Assembly: GCF_902652985.1 (NCBI RefSeq)
Contig: NC_047019.1
Location: 45,074,001-45,138,000 of the forward strand
DNA from: Pecten maximus
Taxonomy: Eukaryota
Reading direction: 5' to 3'
Length of the DNA: 64,000 nucleotides
Shown: one piece after another, positions 12,602-23,400 of the stretch
How positions within the stretch are numbered: position 1 is the first letter of the stretch
Layout: each line of letters opens with the position of its first letter
Notes under the pieces: model-generated
What the model was told of the DNA's origin: nothing
Databases searched by the model: none
Seen by the model: the letters and a program-made list of their open reading frames with translations, nothing else
Program-made: the position numbers and the translations under genes

Positions 12602-13846
12602 ATGGCGTTAAAGTGGCTAGTCTTTCTGTTACTATTGATTCAGGTAACTAGGAATCTAGCTGTCCCAGATCACGAGTATTCAATCGAAATGCGACTTCGC
12701 CAAATGGAGAAAGACTTTTCCTTATCCATAAAAACTCTGAAATCCGAGCTGGAAGACACCAAAGACAAACTGAAATACATGCAAGGTGAACTTGACTGGA
12801 CAAAATCGGCGATGAAGGCTGTGAACTTAGAATTGTTAGCCACTCGAACCGATCTAAACGAGACTCGCATTCGACTACAAGAGGCGGTGTCGGAACTACA
12901 ACATGGCAGACAGGACACGTCTTATTCCTATGAACGCACTTTCTTGGCATCAGAACCACAGTCAATTAGGCGCCCGGTACAATCTAAACGTTTGGCGACA
13001 CGAAGTAAGTGATAAACTGAGTATGCTATATATATAGTATGGAGACATAGGTGGATTCTCTGTAGGTAGGACGTACGAATTGTACCTACCGTCCATATTT
13101 GGGATCTCAGCAGTCATGATAAGGATGTTTATTTACATGGGTGGACAACACTTACCACGCTTTTAAACGACGTATCAATGCTGAATATAACCCAGATCCA
13201 AGGAGCTAAAGTAGATGTTTTGCTATCCTTATCCTAAATCATTTAAAACAATCTGATCTGAAAATGTCCACCCCTAATATGCATTATACAATATCATAAG
13301 CGTAAAAGGGATCTGACTGGTGTCGGCCATGTCTATTGTTCAAGCTTTTTTGTCTCTGACAAAAACGAAGCTAAACCTCTAATCAGATCTAATATTCATT
13401 GAATGTTCTATATTGCAGGTCATCGTGTATCTGGTATCCAGCTGAAGAAAGCATTTTCCGCCCAGACGTCCCAACATGATGTTTCGCTGGTAACTCATCA
13501 GACAGTCCTCTTTCAGCACGTCATCCTTAACGAAGGGTCAGTCTACGACAACCTGACGGGAGTGTTTACCTGTCCGGAGTCCGGCGTCTATCACTTCTCG
13601 GTCACCATCATGGTATTCTTCAATGAACAGGTCGAGACAGAACTGGTTGTCAATGGTAACCAGGTAATGGTGAACTATGCCGCCGGGAACCAGCGATACA
13701 ATCAAGGCACTAACTCAGTCTTAGTACGTTTGGACTTTGGGGATCGAGTTTGGGTTCGAATATACAACAACCCGTCTATCCACACAGATGGCGCCATACG
13801 TATCCATGGATATGGTTGGTCAACGTTCACTGGCTTTTTAATATAG
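12602..13846 (+). CDS. Secreted C1q-domain-containing protein 3, 276 aa (shorter coiled coil/linker)
   Basis: Exon 1 12602-13004 (A|gtaagt), exon 2 13419-13846 (ttgcag|), phase 1. Exon 1 is 132 nt shorter than in paralogues 1 and 2. The C1q domain is intact. Confidence 0.92.
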
Positions 13847-13969
13847 CGTTTGTGAAATTTCAAATATATAAATCGAGGCAACGTTTCTACTTTTTAGTGA
13901 TTTCTCATATGATATGTGCACCTGTTCTTAACTTCTTACACATTACATAAAACATATAATAGTAACTGA

Positions 13970-14559
13970 CTGACATGATGACAGATTCTAGTCCGTGAGT
14001 GACACAATGACACGCACTAGTCCGTGACATAATGACCCACGCTACTCCGTGACATAATGACACACGCTAGTCCGTGACATAATGACACATGCTATTCCGT
14101 GACATGACACATGCTACTCCGTGACATGATACACGTTACTCCTTGACATAATGCCACACGCTAGTCCGTAAGTGACACAATGACACACGCTAGTCCGTGA
14201 CATAATGACACACGCTACTCCGTTAGTGACATAATGACACACGCTAGTCCGTGAGTGACATAATGACACACACTAGACCGTGAGTGACATACTGACACGC
14301 TAGTCCGTGACATAATGACACACGCTACTCCGTTAGTGACATAATGACACACGCTAGTCCGTTAGTGACATAATGACACTCGCTACTCCGTGACATAATA
14401 ACACATGCTAGTCCGTGACATAATGACACATGCTACTCTGTGGCATAATGACACTTGCTAGTCCGTGACATAATGACACACACTAGACCGTGAGTGACAT
14501 AATGACACACACTAGTCCGTGAGTGACATAATGACACACGCTACTCCGTGAGTGACATT
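13970..14559. repeat. 25-bp minisatellite (TCCGTGACATAATGACACACGCTA[G/C])n, left part; some units are 29 bp
   Basis: Direct tandem units. The same array resumes at 16421 after the Crypton-like insertions. Confidence 0.95.
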
Positions 14560-15600
14560 ATACAATTATTGCATTTTGTTGAGGTGTACACGAGACTATA
14601 CGGACCTGGGCAAGAGTTTGTTCATCGAGGCCGAAGGCCGAAGGCCGAGGTGAACAAACTCTTGCCCAGGTCCGTATAGTCTCGTGTACACCGAAAACAA
14701 AATGCAATAACTGCTTTGTAATATGACCAAATAAAACAAATGAATAACAATTAAGAAGTTAACAATTCAACAGTTTAATAATAGAACCATTTGCAAAAAC
14801 AACATTTATAATCAGTAACAATATATCACAGATTTCATATTTAATCCATGGTCAGATTTTATTGGAGTGTAGATATTGATGAATTACCAGTAGCTTTCAA
14901 TATCAGAAATATATGAAATTGTATAATTCCATTCCGCCTTTCCCCTGACGTTTGAGGTCTTTACACACAGCGTCAAACATTTTTTTTGATTCTCTGAATG
15001 CTGTGTCGTTTACAATATCACACACACTCGTAGCAGAGCTGGATAAATACCTATTTATCCTGTGTCTAATGGCTATTAGACTTGTCTTCTTGTAGTGGTC
15101 CCCGTTTTCTTGTCGCACTTCAGCGTAGAACTTCCCAAGGCTCCTGTCCAAATCATGTTTACTATAATGTTCGAAGTCCGTTGACTGACCTTTGGCACCC
15201 AAATATTGCCTAAATAATTTCGCAGCGACAGCAGTGTTCTTGCGTGTGTTCTTTGCATCTTTTTTCTTCAATAGATCATTAAGTTCTTCTTCGTTTATTG
15301 TAGCAAAGCGTTCTGTGGGTTGACCGTCTGCCATATTGTAAACAAAGTGGTTCCAAACGATCGCTTGTATCAAGTATTCTGATTGGCTGTTGTCAAAACT
15401 AACGCGTTGTGCGACTGGACAACAGGGAAGCAAAGATTGCAGACCTGTTTGTGCTAAAAATAGCACGAACCGGTCGGCAATGTGAAGGGAATTTCCCAGT
15501 CGAGTTATTTTTAGCACGAACAGGTCTACTCACAAACAGGTGCTGGAGAGGAAAACATGAAGTGGGCCAATGAGAATAAAGCAAACACTCAAGTCATATT
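14560..15600 (-). mobile_element. Crypton-like element A (non-autonomous, truncated tyrosine-recombinase-related ORF)
   Basis: Interrupts the 25-bp array. Has a perfect 42-bp-stem hairpin (14583-14624 / 14651-14692). Internal aatatgac (about 14720) is complementary to the terminal gtcatatt. The ORF resembles the region N-terminal to DUF3504 in Crypton/KCTD1/ZMYM/QRICH1-type proteins. Confidence 0.75.
14903..15334 (-). CDS. Crypton/DUF3504-associated protein, N-terminal (core-binding) region only; catalytic domain absent
   Basis: MADGQPTERFATINEEELNDLLKKKDAKNTRKNT...LFRQYL...DLDRSLGKFYAEVRQENGDHYKKTSLIAIRHRINRYL...DIVNDTAFRESKKMFDAVCKDLKRQGKG. The pattern RF...NT...L..FY...R..G..Y...SL..IR..I.R.L...DI..D..F..S...K.L...GKG is typical of Crypton-type proteins. 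Confidence 0.7.
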   Translation of the reverse strand: MADGQPTERFATINEEELNDLLKKKDAKNTRKNTAVAAKLFRQYLGAKGQSTDFEHYSKHDLDRSLGKFYAEVRQENGDHYKKTSLIAIRHRINRYLSSSATSVCDIVNDTAFRESKKMFDAVCKDLKRQGKGGMELYNFIYF

Positions 15601-16419
15601 ATACAATTATTGCCCTCGTTCCGGGTTGACATGTCAACCCGGAACAAGGGCAGTAATTGTTTTATTTTACCGAAAAAAACATAAGTGAATCAATTTTGGT
15701 ATCAATAAGTTTATTTATTACTAGACTATCAACAGTTTTTAAGAAAATTTATTTCATTAATTCATCAACTATTCAACAAATGCTCAATTGTAATCAACCT
15801 ATAGCCATAGGATTCTAACCTGACCACTGATGTCTATACTCATTTTGTTCAATATGTATTTCTTCAAACCATATTTTAGACTGTTCAACGAAGATCGTTT
15901 AAGAGGTACCCCATCGTCTTTCTGGTCCCCGGCATAAAATTCTCCCAGTCGAACGTTCAATGTATGGACGTCGAAGTTTTCAAAATCCTTTGGTCTACCT
16001 GTTGCAGATAGGAAATGAATAAAGGAATCCACGGCCCCATTGATGACCCTTTTGGTGTTTTTAGAATCCTTTTCTTGCAATAATTTCGCCATTTCCTCCA
16101 CAGTTGGCAGACGATAGCGTCCGCCGGCAGCCATTGTTGTTATCGAGCAGAATACTCGGAACTCCTCTGATTCGACTACTTTATAAGACGTTACAGAAGA
16201 GAGTTCCGAGTTGGGGCTCACGAGAGGGTGACATAACGATTTTGGAGGGCTCACGAGAGGGTGACATTATGATATTCAGAGGGTGACATGATGTTTCGAA
16301 AGCGACAGCAAGTAAATAATGAATTATTTGGAAATTTGTGGTTGACATAACGAATGTTTTTAATCACGTGACATGGTTTTCACTAATCAGAAGCTGTGAT
16401 ACAAGTCTGAGGTATAATA
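15601..16419 (-). mobile_element. Crypton-like element B (a different family, non-autonomous), abutting element A
   Basis: Starts with the same ATACAATTATTGC as element A. Has a 58-bp palindrome at 15603-15660 centred on GACATGTC. Internal ttattttaccg is roughly complementary to the terminal ggtataataa. Carries a truncated Crypton-like ORF, and the satellite resumes immediately after. Confidence 0.7.
15799..16134 (-). CDS. Crypton-like protein N-terminal fragment
   Basis: MAAGGRYRLPTVEEMAKLLQEKDSKNTKRVINGAVDSFIHFL...KDFENFDVHTLNVRLGEFYAGDQKDDGVPLKRSSLNSLKYGLKKYILNKMSIDI aligns by eye to the element A protein (KDAKNT/KDSKNT, DFE, LGKFYA/LGEFYA, KTSL/RSSL, DI). Confidence 0.6.
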   Translation of the reverse strand: MAAGGRYRLPTVEEMAKLLQEKDSKNTKRVINGAVDSFIHFLSATGRPKDFENFDVHTLNVRLGEFYAGDQKDDGVPLKRSSLNSLKYGLKKYILNKMSIDISGQVRILWL

Positions 16420-16420
16420 A

Positions 16421-17411
16421 TACAAAATGACACACGTTAGCCCGTGAATGACATAATGACACACGCTACTCTGTAAGTGACATAATGACACACGCTACTC
16501 CGTGACATAATGATACACGCTACTCCGTGACACAATGCCACACGCTACTCCGTGACAAAATGACACACGCTACTCCGTGAATGACATAATGACACACGCT
16601 AGTCCGTGAGTGACACGATGCCACATGCTCCTCCGTGACATAATGCCACACGCTACTCCGTGACATAATGACACACGCTACTCAGTGACATAATGATACA
16701 CGCTAGTCCGTGACATAATGACGTACGCTACTCCGTGACATAATGACACACGCTACTCCCTGACATAATGACACGCGCTACTCAGTAACATAGTGACACA
16801 CGCTACTCCGTGCGTGACATTATGATACACGCTAGTCCGTGACATAATGACACACGCTCCTCCGTGACATGATGACACACGCTAGCCCGTGACATAATTA
16901 CACACGCTAGTCCGTGACATAACGACACACGCTAGTCCGTGGCATAATGCCACACGCTTCTCCGTGACATAATGCCACACACTAGTCCGTGACATAATGC
17001 CACACGCTTCTCCGTGGCATAATGACACACGCTCCTCCGTGACATAATGACACACGCTAGTCCGTAAGTGACATAATGACACACGCTACTCCGTGACATA
17101 ATCACACACACTAGTCCGTGACATAATGACACACGCTAGTCCGTGAGTGACACGATGCCACACGCTCCTCCGTGACATAATGCCACACGCTACTCCGTGA
17201 CATAATGACACACACTAGTCCGTGACATAATGACACACACTTCTCCGTGACATAATGACACACACTAGTCCGTGACATAATGACACACGCTACTCCCTGA
17301 CATAATGACACACGTTTCTCCGTGAGTGACAGAATGACTCACGCTACTCCTTGAATAGGCATAAAGAAACACGCTAGTCCATAATCACGTGTTCCGTAGT
17401 CCGTGACATAA
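16421..17411. repeat. 25-bp minisatellite, right part (same family as 13970-14559)
   Basis: About 38 tandem units of tccgtgacataatgacacacgcta[g/c]. Confidence 0.95.
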
Positions 17412-17413
17412 TC

Positions 17414-17502
17414 ATCCTGCTTTCCTCCACCTCCAAACCTGACACGTCCTTAAATGAACCTGGCTGTTAATAGGACGTTAAACAAAATAAACCAAACCAA
17501 AC
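17414..17502 (+). mobile_element. 3' fragment of a SINE
   Basis: tttcctccacc...gtccttaaatgaacctggctgttaataggacgttaaacaaaataaaccaaaccaaac. The 3' tail and (AAACC)n end match those of the SINE at 46621 on the opposite strand. Confidence 0.65.
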
Positions 17503-17504
17503 AT

Positions 17505-17830
17505 CGATTTAGTTGAGAATGTTCAATGCCGAGCCACAAAATGCCTACCCGGACTGTTCTACGAAAGATATAAGAAGAAAGGTTGAAAAAAGAAATTAAC
17601 TTGATGACCTGCTTTATCATACAGAGGTATGCGCGAGGACATGATTGAAGATCAGAGGAGTATACGACAAGAGATGTTGTACCTCTATAAGATAAGAGTA
17701 AGATTTAACCTCCAAACACAGTGTCAAAGGGAAAAAAACTATTTCACTGTGAGGACAGCACGCATTTGGAACTCTCTACCAAAATATTATATATCCGCGC
17801 TGATTCAAACAAAGACTAGATTTTTTTCTA
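17505..17830 (+). mobile_element. Degraded 3' end of a CR1/L2-clade LINE
   Basis: Broken frames give VENVQCRATKCLPGL and YFTVRTARIWNSLP, which match the C-terminal (E.VQRRATK..P.L ... FF..R....WNSLP) motifs of CR1-group ORF2. Confidence 0.65.
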
Positions 17831-18929
17831 AACCAAGATAAACTTTATAATGATATAGCCGAACTATCAATCCAGACTGTTTAATCAACGGAAATCTACA
17901 GTCAATATAATTGAATTACCACATGTACATCTTGTTATATCATGTTTTATATATATGCTTCATTTATAGCATATCAAAAAATACATATCTTTTGGTATCT
18001 AAGCCTAGAAAGTGTTTTCCAGAAAATTTTCAAATATGTTGTATCATTGTTTTTATGCCATCTAAATATTTCTGATAGATGATATTTTATTGATACTAAA
18101 ATTTACTATATTTTATTTTTGCGCCATTTGTTGGCAGACAAAATAAGCTGCATTTGTTTATAGAAATAGTGTTCTGATATTTGAACACGGACTTACAGCT
18201 GTGGGTATGTATTTTATTTACTATGCTTCGATATCATAAATTAGACGCCTCTAAATTAATTATTTGTCCCCCCCCCCCCCCCCCCCCCTTTTTTTAAATC
18301 TATTTTTTTTTATGAAAATATGTTTGAATATCATAAAATAGACTTGATATTTTACGATTATATAATATACAGCGAATAAATAGTGCACCTCATAGTTCAT
18401 AATATTACAAATGAAGGTCTCGCACAACTAATTCAGCCAATCATGCAGCTGGTGTTCCCCCTGAACCAAGTCCATGAAAAGTGTGTTTCTGAGGTTTGTA
18501 GCTATTTCCTGAGTAAATAACACCTGCGATGGGTACTTTCTATATACGAGAATTAAAAGAAAGGTCTTGAGATTTTAAAATATACACTCCTGGTAAAAAT
18601 AGTAAGATGTAAGATTCCACGTGTAAAAAGTAGGGAATTCCCCATGTGGGGGTTCCCCTGTCCACTGTAAATATCAGGGTTACTGTCTTTCAAGTACTGA
18701 TGTGCTCTTATATGCTATTAAACCTATGCAATAACATCATATTTCTGGTAGGGAAAACTTCAATCTTTAATTTGATATAAATTTCACAACATTTGAACAT
18801 TAAATGAGCGATTAAGAGGATGAGTCATTGACAATAATATATAGTAAAATAATTAGTTGTGTGAGACCTGAATTGTACAACAGTTGTGATTATCTCCCCT
18901 TGCAGAAATCTTTGCGTTGTCATGTAAAC

Positions 18930-19000
18930 ATCACACACAAAATGGCGCCGAAATGGGCAGTGACCTGACAGTCCAACATAAAGAAGTGCATAATAAACAG
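18930..19000 (+). promoter_or_regulatory. Putative promoter and non-coding first exon of the C6orf118-like gene
   Basis: YY1-like AAAATGGCG at about 18939, followed by donor CAG|gtaaaa at 19000/19001. An acceptor tttttcag lies just before ATG 20417. No in-frame coding continuity. Confidence 0.3.
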
Positions 19001-20416
19001 GTAAAACACACCTCCTTGTTAAACTTAAAGACTAAAAAGTATTTACAGATTACCACGATAAATAAAGTGATACATACCACGACAAAAATAGTATTTAATC
19101 TGCCATCAGCGATTTCACCAAACTAAAGAAAAAAACCAGCACGTTCTGCAGGACACAACACTACTGTAAATGCATATGCAAATACCCATTATTTCTATAA
19201 CACATACATAGGACATTTTCTCCTCATCACAATCACTAAACATAAAAGCAACACGACATCCTGACCTAACAGATAATTACAAAACATCACCGTTACACTG
19301 TACTTCGTTTTTTTGTACCATTTATCTTTTAAATACACCACTGTACACGCCTCTAGGTTATCATTTAATTATTGATGACTGCAATCTGCCACTGCATAGA
19401 TTCATTTGTAGTCTGTGTCAAGTATCTGTAATCTGTATTTTGCACTGTCCATATAGTGGTTATGCCCTCATGTGGGCCTAATTAATCTGGAAGAATAAAT
19501 TTTGCATATTGTATTTTTATTTTGTTAAAGTATACTGCATTCAAAATGTGTTCATCTTGGATATTTCATATTGAATATTTAATTATGCATAGTTTTAACG
19601 CATACAGTTAATATAGTCATCTTGATAAAGTAATCTGTGTTTTGAAAATTTATTGTGTATCTCTTCACACACTATCGTAGTGTTATGGCTGCTTTCTACA
19701 TGTAGCTTCATGTTAGAGGGAATTTCCTTAAAGCATTGAACTAGCATGTGGAGAATCACAGGTTCAATCCATGGTGAAGTCATCTTATCGGATTTCCTGT
19801 TACAAACCAATGTATATTTAGCATTAGTGTCTGGAGTTTTAAGTACACTATATCACTAATAGGACTGCATTTGCATACTCATTATTTTGTCACTCAAAGG
19901 ATATTAGATTATTTCCCATATCTGTACTTATACTTGTACGTATCTGTATTTTGACAGAAAATCAACAACACCATAGCCAGTTTAAATATGATCATGTACA
20001 TTTGTATACATACAAACAACTGCACTCTTTTGTTATTTTAAGAGAATAATGATATGATGTTAATTCATATAACACAGACAGCCTTTGGCTTTCCCAATTT
20101 CCCCCCAGATATGTTGTCTCCCAATTTTGATTTCCTTCAATAAAGAAATAATAGTATGTGTATGTCGTCATGCCCCTTTTTTAAAGCTTTAACCATTTTG
20201 CTGGATTTGCATAGCATGCTTGTGTTGTAGTGCATATGTACAAACATTTATGTTCATACATGTAATTGCTTTTCGCTTGTTGGAAATCTTGATATATCTC
20301 AGTTCTTGTTCAATTGTTTGAAATAATCAGTTTTAATGTAGAACTTTTAAAATGCAAAATTTAGAATTTAAAAATTTAACAACAATTTAACCATTTCATT
20401 TTATTTTTCAGTCAAG

Positions 20417-23400
20417 ATGACAGCATACAAGTTCACAGCTCACAAACAACTACGACAGTTGCTCAATGATGCTGAAGTTGTACAGAAAAAGGATATCAAG
20501 GACTATGCAGGGGGTCACTTAAACCAGTCTAATTTGTATAGACCCCCGACACAGTGGGGAAACCAAAAATGGAATAAGACCAACCCAGAGCCTCTCTCAA
20601 CCAAATCTAAGTCTAAGAGCACCATTGTGGTGAAAACAAGACCTCCTACAGAGCGAGATCATAAGATGAGGGACGTTCTGTACGATTTCAGTATTGGTAC
20701 ATCAGGCAGTTTGCCAACACATCCAAAAAATAGACAATCAAAAAGTCCTAGAAAATTTTCAGAATCCCGAACATCTACAAGAAAATGTCCTAGTGCTTCA
20801 TCCAATAGGTCACTTTATACAGAAATGGAAAAAGATGGTGTTTATGTGGAAGAATTAAAGACTGATGAAGTGATGTTATCATCTCCCAGAATTACAAACT
20901 CTAAAGGCAAGAAGCTGCCACCTGTGGAGGACAATGAATACACTGTGATGGAGGACCTAGCCAAAAGTCTAGCTGAGGAAGGACTTCTAACATTCAGACA
21001 TACATTCTTACCAACACACCACATGGGTGTCACAAAGAAGGACCAGTACATCAAACTTATGAGTTTTGAAACAGATATATTAAAAAAGAAGGAATCAAAT
21101 GAAAAGAAAGTTTTGTCTGGTGAAAAAGCGGTCAGACATCTGGAAGAGAGACTTCAGCAGGTTAGTTTCATAATCAAAAACTGCAAACAAACAAAAATGT
21201 GAAACAAAATTAAATATCAGTAATTTGGTTTGTCTATCTGTTTAATAAGAATAAGATTTTTTCTGAATAATTTAATAACCAATTTGATGTTACTTGTTTT
21301 GGATACTAAATGCTAATTATTATTCAGAATGATTTTTATTTCAGGAACTTGATTCCATGAATTTTTTTGACATGGGACCTAATTTTCACAAGCTGCAAAT
21401 ATACAGTAATACATTTGAGGACTTGATTGAGGACTCTCCAACATTTGTGTATATCCTTCGAGCTGTCAAGGTAGGGTCATTTTTTATCAAAGGTTCATGC
21501 TACTGGAAAGGCAATGTTTTGTAAAGTGCATGTAGAAAATGGTTCATATTATTGATCTTTATAGTGATATATTCAAAGTATATACTTTTTACTGCAGACA
21601 GAATATGATAACTACATCTCCAAGCTCCTGGACACCCAGACTCCCCAACACAGTAAATTATTAAAGGAACAAGTAGAGCAGATGGCCAGTCGTGGAACAT
21701 CACGCCCTGATGACCTCCAGGAAGCTAAGGACAGGGTTGCTCATCTAGAACAAAAAGCCAAAGACAAACTTGAAGAGAATCAAAAGTATGTACACTGGTT
21801 ACATCAACAATTTTACAGTCAGAGTAATTCTGATTATGATATTAGATTTTTAGGCACAATAGGTAATGTGTTCAGTTATAACAAAAATCAGAATACTGTA
21901 GCAGCATGTATTCAGTTTAGTCAAATTCATGTGGTCATAATTAAATGATAAAAATCAATGTGACAATGAATAGATATAAAATGGCGTGGTAAATAGTTGT
22001 CTGAGATCAATGTAACACAGTAATTTGTTGGTCATATACAGTACATAACATTTGGGATGTTTTCCTCACAGATTAAGGAGGATGTTGGAGGAGGAGGAGG
22101 AACGGCTTACCAGTGTTCCTGAACCAGGTATAGTGACATGATAACTTAGCACTCTCATTGTTGATAATATTTTGTGTAATAATAAATAAATGGGTTATTT
22201 CCGGTATATGTTGAATGTTTATTTATTGATCAGCCCAATTTAAATTCACAGACCAAACATATATATTTTATAAGAATTCTGGTTTAATTAAGGGACATTA
22301 TGAATCATATACGGGTGTCAACTAAACTCCATAGTTATGTACTAAAACAAATTATGAAATAAGTGGAGATAACATTATTCAAGGATTGTAACTTAACTGA
22401 ACTGGTTCTGTAGGACACAAGGATTGTAACTTAACTGAACTGGTTCTGTAGGACACAAGGATTGTAACTTAACTGAACTGGTTCTGTAGGACACAAGGAT
22501 TGTAACTTAACTGAACTGGTTCTGTAGGACACAAGGATTGTAACTTAACTGAACTGGTTCTGTAGGACACAAGGATTGTAACTTAACTGAACTGGTTCTG
22601 TAGGACACAAGGATTGTAACTTAACTTAACTGGTTCTGTAGGACACAAGGATTGTAACTTAACTGAACTGGTTCTGTAGGACACAAGGATTGTAACTTAA
22701 CTGAACTGGTTCTGTAGGACACAAGGATTGTAACTTAACTGAACTGGTTCTGTAGGACACAAGGATTGTAACTTAACTGAACTGGTTCTGTAGGACACAA
22801 GGATTGTAACTTAACTGAACTGGTTCTGTAGGACACAAGGATTGTAACTTAACTGAACTGGTTCTGTAGGACACAAGGATTGTAACTGAACTGAACTGGT
22901 TCTGTAGGACACAAGGATTGTAACTGAACTGAACTGGTTCTGTAGGACACAAGGATTGTAACTTAACTGAACTGGTTCTGTAGGACACAAGGATTGTAAC
23001 TTAACTGAACTGGTTCTGTAGGACACAAGGAGTGTAACTAAACTGAACTGGTTCTGTAGGACACAAGAATTGTAACTTAACTGAACTGGTTCTGTAGGAC
23101 ACAAGGATTGTAACTTAACTGAACTGGTTCTGTAGGACACAAGGATTGTAACTTAACTGAACTGGTTCTGTAGGACACAAGAATTGTAACTTAACTGAAC
23201 TGGTTCTGTAGGACACAAGGATTGTAACTTAACTGAACTGGTTCTGTAGGACACAAGGATTGTAACTTAACTGAACTGGTTCTGTAAGACACAAGGATTG
23301 TAACTTAACTGAACTGGTTCTGTAGGACACAAGGATTGTAACTTAACTGAACTGGTTCTGTAGGACACAAGGATTGTAACTTAACTGAACTGGTTCTGTA

